Shown here in pieces: positions 19,185 to 28,567 of a stretch of DNA of 64,000 bases (positions are counted from its first letter, which is position 1; each line of letters opens with the position of its first letter). A model generated the notes under the pieces. It did not search any database and had not been told where the DNA came from. It worked only from the letters and a program-made list of their open reading frames with translations. The position numbers were made by a program, and so were the translations under genes. Origin of the DNA: a phage; the sequence record NC_111505.1. The stretch is one strand, 5' to 3'.

Positions 19185-20369
19185 TCAAGCTTTAGCTAAA
19201 ATGGCGCTAAACTCTTCACCAAACTCTTTTACAATCTTCATCAGGTTTGGGTATGCTTTGATCAGCTGAGCAACGATCTTGTCCCGGCCTTTACCAATAA
19301 GTAAGGCATTTCCTAGGGCGTTGGGTTTCATCATCGCCATAAAGACTGAGAATACAAAGTCTCGGTTCTCATCCTTGAAATTTTCCCAAAGGAAATCAAG
19401 GAAGTTTGCCACGCAGCTAACAAGATCTTCGTCTGAGACACTTGCATTTTCCATCATATTCCGAATAGCAATACAACCTTCAGACCCAAGAATCCACAAA
19501 ATATCTGGCTGCTTAGGACCTACATACTCTTTGCAACCCCCTGCCATAATCCGACCGATTTCTGGCAAGTTTCGTTTCTTGGTGTGGTAGGTCCAGATTT
19601 CTACCGCTGCAGTGTGACCAATAGCACCTTGCAGAAGAACACGAGCCATAGCGTCAGAAATAATACCGCTGTCAAAATCGTGCAGGATGTCAGATGCAGC
19701 AACCCAAGATCGCGGTGTAGCAAAAGATGGACAATTAATCTCAGCCATAGCCTCATAATTATCGATAGCTGATGGAACTCTTTTCAGATATCCAATTACA
19801 GAGGAATGCACACCATTAAGGAATGCGTAGTCCTCAATAAATACCTCTGCACTGCTTGTAACTTCTACAATGATAAAGCGGTTAGCCAGAGGGGCTTCGA
19901 GCGCTGAAAGAACAGCACCATCCGTAGCACGGTTACCTGCAGCTACAAAAACAGAGCCCTTAGGAAATGCATAGGTGCCGCACTTGTGGTCGAGCATAAT
20001 TTGCATTGCAACCTTCTGCAGGTAGTTATCTGCATGAGTAAGCTCATCCAGAAAGATAATTCCGCTCCAGTCCGAGTCTGCAGGCCAAAATTCTGGAATT
20101 GCAAACACTGTGCGTGTAGTTCCATCTGCCTCTACAGGGATAGGTAGTCCAGACAAGTCAGCAGGATCTTTATCTGACAGCCGCACGTCAACCAGGTTGT
20201 CATCTCGCTCACCGAACATATTATCAGCAATCTGCTTCATCACCTGGCTCTTCCCCACACCCATCGGTCCTAAAATCAGGACAGATCGGTTATGACGCTG
20301 GGCAAATTGAATAATAGCTGGCAACTCGCGGACAGTGATTTGACCACTTTCGAATACGTTTCTTGACAT
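19185..20369 (-). CDS. MoxR-like AAA+ ATPase (CbbQ/CobS-like)
   Basis: Walker A GPMGVGKSQ; Walker B IIFLDELTHA; 394 aa. Confidence 0.7.
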   Translation of the reverse strand: MSRNVFESGQITVRELPAIIQFAQRHNRSVLILGPMGVGKSQVMKQIADNMFGERDDNLVDVRLSDKDPADLSGLPIPVEADGTTRTVFAIPEFWPADSDWSGIIFLDELTHADNYLQKVAMQIMLDHKCGTYAFPKGSVFVAAGNRATDGAVLSALEAPLANRFIIVEVTSSAEVFIEDYAFLNGVHSSVIGYLKRVPSAIDNYEAMAEINCPSFATPRSWVAASDILHDFDSGIISDAMARVLLQGAIGHTAAVEIWTYHTKKRNLPEIGRIMAGGCKEYVGPKQPDILWILGSEGCIAIRNMMENASVSDEDLVSCVANFLDFLWENFKDENRDFVFSVFMAMMKPNALGNALLIGKGRDKIVAQLIKAYPNLMKIVKEFGEEFSAILAKA

Positions 20370-20638
20370 TAGTAAAAGTCCTCTACTTGTGTGTAAGTGT
20401 TTTCAAAGTTTTCCAAAACAGACATCACATCGGATCTGTCAATATCATACGCAACTCTCCAGCCATATGCAACCCTTTCTGCTGTTGCCTCTTCTGGATC
20501 TAGTCGTCTGCTGGCATGAAAGAGTGTTGGAGTACACTTTCTTGCTTGCCCTCTAACTTTCCCATAATAATATCTGTGAATATCTTTGTCAAAATTTAAT
20601 TCTTTTTCTGCACGAAGTTCGTACTGCTGGTATAACAT
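20369..20638 (-). CDS. hypothetical protein
   Basis: 89-aa ORF. Confidence 0.45.
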   Translation of the reverse strand: MLYQQYELRAEKELNFDKDIHRYYYGKVRGQARKCTPTLFHASRRLDPEEATAERVAYGWRVAYDIDRSDVMSVLENFENTYTQVEDFY

Positions 20639-20682
20639 CTCTACTGCTCCTTAAGCAGCATCCTTGCCGCCATCCCTACCCA

Positions 20683-21063
20683 CTAAAATGCAGTCCGAAT
20701 CCAGACAAGGTTCTTATCTGCCCAATCATAAAGGCAAGTCATTGCACTATTGAATTGCTCACACGGAGGGTAATCTTCTTCCATCCGGCGCATAGCGGAT
20801 CCTTGTGGGTATAACTCCAGTGCTGCAAACCACGCATCGTAGTCATCCACGGTGTCGAAGTAGTATACAACATCCTCCAACTCAGGATCGAACTTTGAAC
20901 TATCAGGATCCAGTTGTTCAGGGAACTTGGAGCGTAACTTGCCAGCCACAATACTTGCCAACTCGCTAACATGCTTGTTGTCCCACTCTACCAGTTTCCC
21001 GTCTTCAGTTATGCGTCCTAACCACTGATCATGAAGGTCAACTGTTGTCTTCCACTGGGCCAT
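20683..21063 (-). CDS. hypothetical protein
   Basis: 126-aa ORF. Confidence 0.45.
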   Translation of the reverse strand: MAQWKTTVDLHDQWLGRITEDGKLVEWDNKHVSELASIVAGKLRSKFPEQLDPDSSKFDPELEDVVYYFDTVDDYDAWFAALELYPQGSAMRRMEEDYPPCEQFNSAMTCLYDWADKNLVWIRTAF

Positions 21064-21065
21064 TA

Positions 21066-21323
21066 TCAGTCTACCTCTTCTTCTCGTTGCAGTTCAAGAT
21101 ACCCATAGGTCTGGATATCTTCAAGGGTGTGGAACTCCCCATCTGCAGCTAAGGCACGGACAACCTGGCATAGAGTTTTATAAGGTACTTTCTCCAAACC
21201 CAGATTCAGCGCAGGAAAAACCTTATCTAAGTCAACAAAATATACAAACTGTAGCTCACCAGTTTCAAAAGGCGTATCTTCGATAAACATCTTCTCGGCA
21301 TTAGTCAAGATCTGCACTTTCAT
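21066..21323 (-). CDS. hypothetical protein
   Basis: 85-aa ORF. Confidence 0.45.
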   Translation of the reverse strand: MKVQILTNAEKMFIEDTPFETGELQFVYFVDLDKVFPALNLGLEKVPYKTLCQVVRALAADGEFHTLEDIQTYGYLELQREEEVD

Positions 21324-21553
21324 TCTTCTACCCCCTCTTCTTTTTCTTCAGCATTAGTTTCAGTGCTACCCCACTCTGGAGTTTCCACCTCGACAGTAAA
21401 CTCACGCACTACACGGTAATTGCCCATGAAGCGCTCCACTTCTTCAAGGCTTATGGAGAGGCCATTGGCAACCAAGTCTGCAGCACCCTTCTCTACCAGG
21501 TAGTCCAGATTGGCTTCCAAGGCTTCAGGCTCAAACCCTGTCAATGCAATCAT
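21320..21553 (-). CDS. hypothetical acidic protein
   Basis: start set at internal ATG (MIALTG...) overlapping the stop of the upstream small ORF; track start is TTG. Confidence 0.4.
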   Translation of the reverse strand: MIALTGFEPEALEANLDYLVEKGAADLVANGLSISLEEVERFMGNYRVVREFTVEVETPEWGSTETNAEEKEEGVEE

Positions 21554-21678
21554 ATAACCCTCCCCTTCATCAAGGAGGGCAATACAGCCCAACTGATTTT
21601 CTTTAAAAAGCAGTGACCATCACTATTGATTGGTTGCTCATTGCAGTAAATAGCTGCACGATAAGTAACTTTAGACAT
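21550..21678 (-). CDS. candidate small protein (42 aa), not in ORF track
   Basis: ATG preceded by AAGGAGG with 7-nt spacer; stop overlaps the next start (ATGA); MSKVTYRAAIYCNEQPINSDGHC... Confidence 0.35.
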   Translation of the reverse strand: MSKVTYRAAIYCNEQPINSDGHCFLKKISWAVLPSLMKGRVI

Positions 21679-21690
21679 TGGTAGGCCTCC

Positions 21691-21969
21691 TTAGGCAACT
21701 GTCATTTTACATTCTTGAAATTTTAACACAAGACGGTGATTGTGTCTAGTGTCTAAAAAGATTTTTTCAACCATCAGGCACACGGTATAACCGTCCGTCT
21801 TGTTGACAACAAAATCCCCAGGGTGAGGGAGAATGTCTCTGGGGTTGGGGAAACATAACCCGCTCAAGAAGGCATCATCGGTGGTGGACTTGATGGATTT
21901 CCACACACTATCTGCCTGAACATTCTCACCAACATAATATACACTACCACATACCTTCATCATAGTCAA
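21691..21969 (-). CDS. hypothetical protein
   Basis: 92-aa ORF. Confidence 0.45.
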   Translation of the reverse strand: MTMMKVCGSVYYVGENVQADSVWKSIKSTTDDAFLSGLCFPNPRDILPHPGDFVVNKTDGYTVCLMVEKIFLDTRHNHRLVLKFQECKMTVA

Positions 21970-22865
21970 ATCTCCGCGTAAATTAAACTGGAATCAGTAT
22001 ACTTCTTTAACGGGTAAATATCCTGTCCATAGATGCCGTCATTAAACACCTCATCTACCCAAAGGCTACACTTATATCCCATCATCTCTAAAACACCCAT
22101 CTCTTCTTCGGTAAACTTATCACCGCTCTTGCAAGATGTCAACACCTCATTCTGTACTCTTGCTACCTCGAAGCGGTTATTGGCAATATCACTATTGGCA
22201 ATCAAATACTCACCTAAAGGGTGTGCAGCATTAAAGATGCACAGTGGACGGTTGACGTAATAGTCCCCCGGTGTATAAAAATTGTTGAGATCCTTCACCA
22301 GAACATTCTTATCAGTCACTTCATTTATAACATCATGCATATCACACATCTTTATATGTTTGAGGATTCCATCCCCCATCACAAAATAAAAACTTGCTGA
22401 GACACTCTCGGCATAGATCTTACTAGATCCATTGTAGTTGTATTTTACGCGAATGCTTACAGGGGTTTTGCCTGTCGCGTTAGCCATCATCCAAAGGAAC
22501 GGAAGTTCAAACTTCTCCTCTGAGGAAACAAAAGGTGAAGTTGCCAGAGATCGGAAACCACCAGAGAAGTTGAAAGTTACAGAGCCGCTCCGGCGATATG
22601 ATACCGCATATTCTACTTTTATATCGACATAGCCGTTGGAGTAAGTGTGGCCTCCATTATCCAGATATGTCCACTTATCAGATCCGGATACCAACCTACG
22701 CTCAATCACCTTCATTACTACAGGAATTAGCGGGTTGGTACAAACCGATTTTGAAGTAGCTTTATCATCCAAAGCCTCGTAAATTGCAGAAAGGATATCG
22801 CCTGCTGAGAGATTGGTTGTGATATCTTGTTTCCACCGAGTGCTAAAGCTGTTAAGATTTGCCAT
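21966..22865 (-). CDS. hypothetical protein
   Basis: start at internal ATG (MANLNSF) with AGGAG upstream; first gene of the minus-strand early block. Confidence 0.5.
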   Translation of the reverse strand: MANLNSFSTRWKQDITTNLSAGDILSAIYEALDDKATSKSVCTNPLIPVVMKVIERRLVSGSDKWTYLDNGGHTYSNGYVDIKVEYAVSYRRSGSVTFNFSGGFRSLATSPFVSSEEKFELPFLWMMANATGKTPVSIRVKYNYNGSSKIYAESVSASFYFVMGDGILKHIKMCDMHDVINEVTDKNVLVKDLNNFYTPGDYYVNRPLCIFNAAHPLGEYLIANSDIANNRFEVARVQNEVLTSCKSGDKFTEEEMGVLEMMGYKCSLWVDEVFNDGIYGQDIYPLKKYTDSSLIYAEI

Positions 22866-22905
22866 GATTAAGTGCTCCTGTGTTCGTTTTCTTTCGAATG
22901 GGTGC

Positions 22906-22934
22906 ACTATATCGTGGATTTAGAGTAAAGTCAA
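22906..22934 (-). promoter_or_regulatory. sigma70-like promoter (TTGACT-17-TATAGT)
   Basis: minus-strand -35 and -10 with 17-nt spacer, about 35 nt upstream of ATG 22865, in the divergent intergenic region. Confidence 0.5.
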
Positions 22935-22947
22935 CACGTTTTTGAGG

Positions 22948-22976
22948 TTGACATCTGTTGAGGCACTTGATAAGAT
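22948..22976 (+). promoter_or_regulatory. sigma70-like promoter (TTGACA-17-TAAGAT)
   Basis: perfect -35 hexamer, 17-nt spacer, 4/6 -10; drives the plus-strand island. Confidence 0.5.
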
Positions 22977-23007
22977 TTCTTCACCTACAGAGCACAAGAG
23001 ACAACTC

Positions 23008-23997
23008 ATGAATCTTGAAAAATATTATACACCAGAAGAGTTAGAGCGCCTGCTCAAAAAATACAGACGCAAACAAAATAATGCACGGAAACGAGATATA
23101 GAGTTCAACCTGTCATGGGAAGAATACCTCCTATTTGGTAAAAAACTTTTAGGAGAGGGGGTGTGCGACTATACCCTTATACCTTTCGACATGCACACAG
23201 ATGAAAACGGACTGGGAAATCCTTTCTACCCCTCCCTAGAGCGGATAGATGATGAAGGTCCTTATGCTGTTGATAATTGTTGTGTGGTGGGATTGAGATG
23301 CAACTCTCTAAAGGACTGTCTGGTAGATAAAAAGACCGCAGTCTTGATTAAAGACAAAACTGATCGAAAAATTGTCCAGCAGATGATGCTCCACCTGAGC
23401 GAAGAGCGTATGGAGAAATTGAAAGGTGATTACACTTTTGAAGATTTCATCTTGCAATATGGAACGGAAGAGGATAAACTGGCACTCTTTGACGAAGAAT
23501 GGGAGGAAGATATGTCACCAATGCAGGATTTTAAAAACTTCATGGCTAATCGTGGAGCCAACAAGCACATTTCTGACATCGTAAATGAGCCTGTAACAGA
23601 AGAGATTGAAGAAATGATGCAACAGGATCACGAAGAGGAAAAAGAGCCTCAAAAGGTCGAAGAAGAGCTTACAGAAGAGGTTCCTGCACTGCCTGACGAT
23701 GTTGAGATTGCTAAAGCCTATACTTTCTATTGCCAGACGTTCTACGATGCAGGCATGAAAGTCGATCTGTCATTCAGCCAATTTAAGAGCACGTACATTC
23801 GAAAATGCTGTGCTTTAACTGGCGAGCGTTTCGGGGCCGGACTTAAACCGTTATTAGTGACCGACTGGAATAAAGGTTTCACCAAAGGTAACTTTATGGT
23901 AGTATCTCCGATCATGGAGAAGGCTATGACAGACCTTATGAAGACCACTCGCATGACAATGACCGAGTTGGCTGGTATTTTCAAGCACGTTAAATAA
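23008..23997 (+). CDS. hypothetical protein with internal repeat module and long acidic tract
   Basis: start at ATG 23008 (track start is TTG); two related modules (RKRDIEFNLSWEEY...C.YT and VDLSFSQFKSTYIRKCCALTGERF) flank a D/E-rich stretch; first gene after the promoter. Confidence 0.5.
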   Translation: MNLEKYYTPEELERLLKKYRRKQNNARKRDIEFNLSWEEYLLFGKKLLGEGVCDYTLIPFDMHTDENGLGNPFYPSLERIDDEGPYAVDNCCVVGLRCNSLKDCLVDKKTAVLIKDKTDRKIVQQMMLHLSEERMEKLKGDYTFEDFILQYGTEEDKLALFDEEWEEDMSPMQDFKNFMANRGANKHISDIVNEPVTEEIEEMMQQDHEEEKEPQKVEEELTEEVPALPDDVEIAKAYTFYCQTFYDAGMKVDLSFSQFKSTYIRKCCALTGERFGAGLKPLLVTDWNKGFTKGNFMVVSPIMEKAMTDLMKTTRMTMTELAGIFKHVK

Positions 23998-24001
23998 TGA
24001 C

Positions 24002-24018
24002 AGGGGCCAATGGCCCCT
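24002..24018 (+). promoter_or_regulatory. intergenic hairpin (AGGGGCC-AAT-GGCCCCT)
   Basis: perfect 7-bp inverted repeat right after the stop at 23997; the same stem is reused in the 29.75-kb terminator. Confidence 0.35.
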
Positions 24019-24030
24019 TCTGGAGTTTTA

Positions 24031-25491
24031 ATGGATAGCAGAAGTTCAGAAATCATTGCCGCACAAAAAGATGACGCCTTGCGAATGCTGCAGGCAGCAC
24101 GTATGTATCTTCTTGAAAAACTGCCGTTTTATGGCACACTGTTGTCAGGGTTGCAGTTCGTAGAAAACCACACATGGTGCTCCACCATGGCAACAGATCA
24201 TAAACGCATTTATTACAGTCCTGAGTTCGTTATGGGATTGGCTGATGAGCGCAAAACCATTCTTGAGGCATCTTTAACTGACAAGCAGTTTGAGATGGCT
24301 GAGGTTTTCTATTCCCCCAAATCTGTGAAAGAGGTGGCATTTCTTCTATCACATGAGGTGGGGCATATTATCTGTGATCATCTGGTCCGTGGCAAAAGCT
24401 TTGAGCCGGAACTGTTCAATATTGCCTGTGATCATGTTATCAACACAGGTCTTGTGGTTGACTTTAGCAAGCCCCCTTGTGTTTTCTTCCCGAAGGGGAA
24501 AAGCACTACGTTTGTAAAAGGTAAGCCTTTTGGCTTTTTAGCTAGTTGCTACTGTGACATGAGGTTCCATGGATGGATTGCTGAGAACGTCTATGCTGTT
24601 CTTGATAAGCAAAGAGATCAGAATAGCGGTAAAAGTAAGAACGGTAAAGGCGAGAACTCTCAAGGAGATAAACGACAAACCGATGATCACATGAGTGGTA
24701 ACGGTGGCACTAGTGATGATCTTGGAAAGGCTATGGGGTATGATCAGCCACAGCCAGTGATCAGTCAATCTGATAAAGATCAAGCCATGCAGGACTCTGG
24801 TGACATGTTGGAAGCAGCAATGCAGGCTTCCGGAGGTAGTTGCCCTGAGGCTGTGCGCGAGTTTGTCAAAAACAGAGGTAAGCCTGTAATCAATTATATA
24901 GACATCATTAAGCAACGTATGTTGTCCAAACGAAAGGCTGAACTAACCTACAGAAAACCAGGTCGCCGATCTGGGTCTTTGACCAGCACAATGCGAAAAG
25001 TTGGAGCTATAAACAAGAATCAGCACGTTGTTGTTCCTGGCCGTAATCCGGAAAACACTATAGATATTGTGGTGGCTTTAGACGTTTCTGGGTCGATCTC
25101 GCAAAGAACTTTAAAGAAAATGTTCAATGAGATCACTGGGTTGTGCAATCTGTATAAAGAGTTCAAGGTTACGATGTTCTGTTGGTCAACTGAGGTTGGA
25201 GAGGTTAAAGTATACACTCGCGGGAACATCGACGAGATGATCAACTATGAGGTCCACTCAACATGGGGAACAACAGCCGCTTGCGTGTTCGAGTATCTGG
25301 ACGCTAACATACCAAATGCAAAAGATGTCATCGTCCTGACCGACCTATACTTTGAGCATAACTTTGAACAAAAGGCTGTTGACAACAAGTGGAAAAAGTA
25401 CGATACTTTATGGGTTCTCACCGAAGGGTATAATAAAAATTATATCCCTAGCTTTGGGAAAACTGTAGAATTGATCGAGTACGCTAAATAA
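24031..25491 (+). CDS. VWA-domain protein with N-terminal HExxH metallopeptidase-like domain
   Basis: HEVGHIICDH zinc-binding-like motif; MIDAS-like VVALDVSGSIS; start set at ATG 24031 (GGAG upstream) after the hairpin. Confidence 0.65.
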   Translation: MDSRSSEIIAAQKDDALRMLQAARMYLLEKLPFYGTLLSGLQFVENHTWCSTMATDHKRIYYSPEFVMGLADERKTILEASLTDKQFEMAEVFYSPKSVKEVAFLLSHEVGHIICDHLVRGKSFEPELFNIACDHVINTGLVVDFSKPPCVFFPKGKSTTFVKGKPFGFLASCYCDMRFHGWIAENVYAVLDKQRDQNSGKSKNGKGENSQGDKRQTDDHMSGNGGTSDDLGKAMGYDQPQPVISQSDKDQAMQDSGDMLEAAMQASGGSCPEAVREFVKNRGKPVINYIDIIKQRMLSKRKAELTYRKPGRRSGSLTSTMRKVGAINKNQHVVVPGRNPENTIDIVVALDVSGSISQRTLKKMFNEITGLCNLYKEFKVTMFCWSTEVGEVKVYTRGNIDEMINYEVHSTWGTTAACVFEYLDANIPNAKDVIVLTDLYFEHNFEQKAVDNKWKKYDTLWVLTEGYNKNYIPSFGKTVELIEYAK

Positions 25492-25497
25492 GAGAGG

Positions 25498-25767
25498 ATG
25501 TTATTTATGGCAACAGAAGTAGTAATTAAAGCTGAACGCCCAGTTAAAAAAGCTATCAACACGTTTCCTGTAGGAACTATTGTGAGCATGATTACAGAGT
25601 CAGGTCGTGTATCTACACTGCTAATCGTGAAATCTGCATGCTCATCTTGTGTGTGGGCATATGATCTTGACGAGAAAGAACTGAAAGATTTTGTTGGAGA
25701 GCTGAAAGCAACAGAACTTGACGCTCGTATCGAAGTATTTGGTGAAACTATGGAGGAAGAGCAATGA
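25498..25767 (+). CDS. hypothetical protein
   Basis: 89-aa ORF. Confidence 0.45.
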   Translation: MLFMATEVVIKAERPVKKAINTFPVGTIVSMITESGRVSTLLIVKSACSSCVWAYDLDEKELKDFVGELKATELDARIEVFGETMEEEQ

Positions 25768-26027
25768 CCACAAAAATCACCATTGCAGAACCGAAAGCTA
25801 ACACGCAGCCTATCGAAAAGTTTAAATGCGGTGAGGTGGTAACATTCACACCTGACAATGAAGATGCCAAGATTTTCGCCATGGTTACAGCCGAGTGGAT
25901 GTGTGACAACACCACACAGGTTCTGCGTTTTGACACCTATCTTACAGATGAAATCAGGAACGACAAGATCGTGACTGGTGTAGATACTGAGATTGTTTTC
26001 TACAAGAGCTTCGTGGAGGGTTTCTAA
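25764..26027 (+). CDS. hypothetical protein
   Basis: 87-aa ORF, ATGA overlap with upstream gene. Confidence 0.45.
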   Translation: MTTKITIAEPKANTQPIEKFKCGEVVTFTPDNEDAKIFAMVTAEWMCDNTTQVLRFDTYLTDEIRNDKIVTGVDTEIVFYKSFVEGF

Positions 26028-26028
26028 T

Positions 26029-26265
26029 ATGGCAAGAATTCGTAAATTGTTCAACAATCAAACTGTGAAAGATTTTGAACCCGGAGAGATTCTGTATGTT
26101 CATGATGCAGATGACGAAGGAGAAGATCTTGTTATGCTACTAGGGCATGCTGCTGAGGACGGATGCATCCAGGCTGTTTTTCTTGAAACAGCTATGGTGC
26201 ACTGGATAGAGCTGGACCTGAAAGCACGAAAACCTAAAGCAGAGATCCTGATTTACGAAGATTAA
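26029..26265 (+). CDS. hypothetical protein
   Basis: start at internal ATG (MARIRKLF) with GGAGGG upstream. Confidence 0.45.
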   Translation: MARIRKLFNNQTVKDFEPGEILYVHDADDEGEDLVMLLGHAAEDGCIQAVFLETAMVHWIELDLKARKPKAEILIYED

Positions 26266-26281
26266 CAAAAAGGAGAGAGCA

Positions 26282-26731
26282 GTGTTGAGCAAACGTGAAT
26301 GCGACAGCATTAGCCTAAATTCTTATAAGAAACAATGGTTTGGGGTAGAAGTTTGCCGACTACGGCTCGGCTCCTACCTGAACTTCGTTTATTACGAGAG
26401 TGACAGTCGTATCGTTTCTTATGAAGTGTTTTACACTAAGAACACCTTCGAGCTGCGACGTAAGGTGGATGGCGGGAGAGCTACCACTCAGAATAACTGG
26501 GAAACTATTCTGCCTCCAGATGTTATAGGAAGCCCCCTGAATGTATCTGAAGATGAAAATCTTATGGTTCATGCTATGATGGGACTTGACAGCTTAGAGC
26601 TGGCGATCTATGATATGTCCATCGAAGCGGTTAAGCTGGACTACATCGAAAACACCTTAGAGGAAGGTATCAAGAAGTTTCTCGGTGAGAAATTGAAAGC
26701 CCACTTTCATAAGGAGCTATACCTGTTATGA
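26282..26731 (+). CDS. hypothetical protein
   Basis: 149-aa ORF. Confidence 0.45.
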   Translation: MLSKRECDSISLNSYKKQWFGVEVCRLRLGSYLNFVYYESDSRIVSYEVFYTKNTFELRRKVDGGRATTQNNWETILPPDVIGSPLNVSEDENLMVHAMMGLDSLELAIYDMSIEAVKLDYIENTLEEGIKKFLGEKLKAHFHKELYLL

Positions 26732-26973
26732 AGACCCGTAAAGAACGTAACAAGATTTTACCTTGTGCTCTCGAACACATGATGAAGTGCAGATCTATCT
26801 GGCACTCTGCCAAGGAGGGGCAGCATGTGGTTGTAGTTAGTGATAATGCCAACCCATTCGGTGATTATGTCACCATGATGACTCCATATATCCGCGACGG
26901 TGTTGTGGAAGTGGTTCCTTATAGCGGTCTGCATGAGAGGCATTTTGAAAGCACTTTGTTAGTGGAGCTATAA
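26728..26973 (+). CDS. hypothetical protein
   Basis: 81-aa ORF overlapping the upstream stop. Confidence 0.45.
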   Translation: MKTRKERNKILPCALEHMMKCRSIWHSAKEGQHVVVVSDNANPFGDYVTMMTPYIRDGVVEVVPYSGLHERHFESTLLVEL

Positions 26974-26975
26974 TC

Positions 26976-27542
26976 ATGGCGGTCAATGTGGCTTACAACA
27001 CAGGAAAGCTTGACAGAGATATTGGGTGTCTTGTCCTTTCAGATACAGAAGAGTATTGGGGTTATGGGCTGCTGTCAGACCCACACCCTAGCAACCTTGT
27101 ATCAACAGTGCTATATCGCTACGACCCTGTACCAACGGTGCACGACAAAGATATTCACGACCTTAGGGTAAAGTGTCTGGAAGATCTTCTGAACAATGGC
27201 TGCAACGATCTGCAGGTAGCCAAGGAGAAGCTTACAAACATCCACAAGGAGGAAGTGATGAGCACCCTCAGTAAGAGGTCAGTGCACAAAAAGATGATGC
27301 TGAACTTTGCAATGGGTATCTACATGGACGGATATAAAGGTGGGGATCCGATCCTCAAACTTCGCTGCCCAACACTGTGGGAAAGAGTGGTTGACAGTAA
27401 GGACGGTACTGCTCTTCTTGAGCTCCACACTTCGGGTTGGATATGGAGGTATGTGGACGGATACCCTCTGTGGGCATGTGGGGCTGGGGAGTTTGTTGAC
27501 AGACCTAGCGCGGTGGTGGACTTGCTATTGCAATTTGAATAA
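26976..27542 (+). CDS. hypothetical protein
   Basis: 188-aa ORF. Confidence 0.5.
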   Translation: MAVNVAYNTGKLDRDIGCLVLSDTEEYWGYGLLSDPHPSNLVSTVLYRYDPVPTVHDKDIHDLRVKCLEDLLNNGCNDLQVAKEKLTNIHKEEVMSTLSKRSVHKKMMLNFAMGIYMDGYKGGDPILKLRCPTLWERVVDSKDGTALLELHTSGWIWRYVDGYPLWACGAGEFVDRPSAVVDLLLQFE

Positions 27543-27597
27543 AGAGTTAGTTATAAGGTATTCATGCACCTATCAACAATAAACAGGAGAGACTGAG

Positions 27598-27873
27598 ATG
27601 ACGAAAGAAGAGGCCGACGTATTAGACTTTGCATCAGAAGCCACACAGGAGGCTTTGGTGTTAGCGTGGAAAATGAACCAGCGTGCTGCAGAATGCAACC
27701 GCCGCATCAATGAGATTCTTGGCATGCCTATGTATGATTTCACCATGCATGCCGGAGAGATTCCTGAGCTTACTGCTGAAATGGCGGATCTTGACAACAA
27801 GATCGATATTATCCTGAAGACAGCGGAAACAACTCACCAAACCGCCCGTAAATTTATCAACGAGAAGGTGTGA
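27598..27873 (+). CDS. hypothetical protein
   Basis: 91-aa ORF. Confidence 0.45.
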   Translation: MTKEEADVLDFASEATQEALVLAWKMNQRAAECNRRINEILGMPMYDFTMHAGEIPELTAEMADLDNKIDIILKTAETTHQTARKFINEKV

Positions 27874-28349
27874 ATATGGACTACAGCTACTGCGGGGAAG
27901 AAGTACCTTTTAACTACAGCAATCTTACCACGAGCAATCCATATGAGACTCGCCACGGCACACACATCATTGCTATTGACTTTGATGGAACGTTTAATGC
28001 AAGCCCTTTCATCTTCTCCCGCCTTATCAAGGACCTGAAGAAGGAGGGGTGGACAGTCTATCTTGTGACTTTTCGGTTCATCACTCAAGACAACGTGGAC
28101 ATCGAATACTGGCGCAAGGAGTTAGATGTTGGAGTGTTTTATACTGGAGGTGTTCAGAAGGCCGCTTATCTGGCGCAGTTTGATATCTACCCAGACATCT
28201 GGGTTGATGATTCTCCAGCTTGCATTCCAGCCAAGAATCAGTTAGAGTTTGCAATGAAGGAAATTGAGTATAAGTCTGACGCTAAGCGTAACGGATGGCC
28301 CTTTATTATTGAAGATTACCCAGATCCTGAACCGGAGAAAGAGCCATGA
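27870..28349 (+). CDS. HAD-superfamily phosphatase-like protein
   Basis: motif I IIAIDFDGTF and distal IWVDDSP. Confidence 0.5.
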   Translation: MNMDYSYCGEEVPFNYSNLTTSNPYETRHGTHIIAIDFDGTFNASPFIFSRLIKDLKKEGWTVYLVTFRFITQDNVDIEYWRKELDVGVFYTGGVQKAAYLAQFDIYPDIWVDDSPACIPAKNQLEFAMKEIEYKSDAKRNGWPFIIEDYPDPEPEKEP

Positions 28350-28516
28350 AACGAAGATACCATTACTTGATGTGGAAGTTATACCATGGTGCTGCTAAAG
28401 CTTATCGCGCCGTGTTTGGTAATGACAATCACTACATTATGTTACACCTTACCGCCATTAAGCATCACAATGAGTGGATTCGTGCAATCGTAATAGGTGA
28501 CAAAGACTTTAAGTAA
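28346..28516 (+). CDS. candidate small protein (about 56 aa), not in ORF track
   Basis: ATG overlaps the upstream stop (ATGA); MKRRYHYLMWKLYHG...; coordinates approximate. Confidence 0.35.
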   Translation: MKRRYHYLMWKLYHGAAKAYRAVFGNDNHYIMLHLTAIKHHNEWIRAIVIGDKDFK

Positions 28517-28567
28517 GGTATGCCTCAAAAACGTAATAGTGTGGATTTCTAAATGGAGACTGATTAA

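Noticed and set aside
24538-26057. Minus-strand ORFs antisense to the plus-strand island (24538..24915, 25020..25244, 25440..26057)
   Set aside because: Antisense to better-supported plus-strand genes; the 205-aa translation is Ser/Ile-rich low complexity
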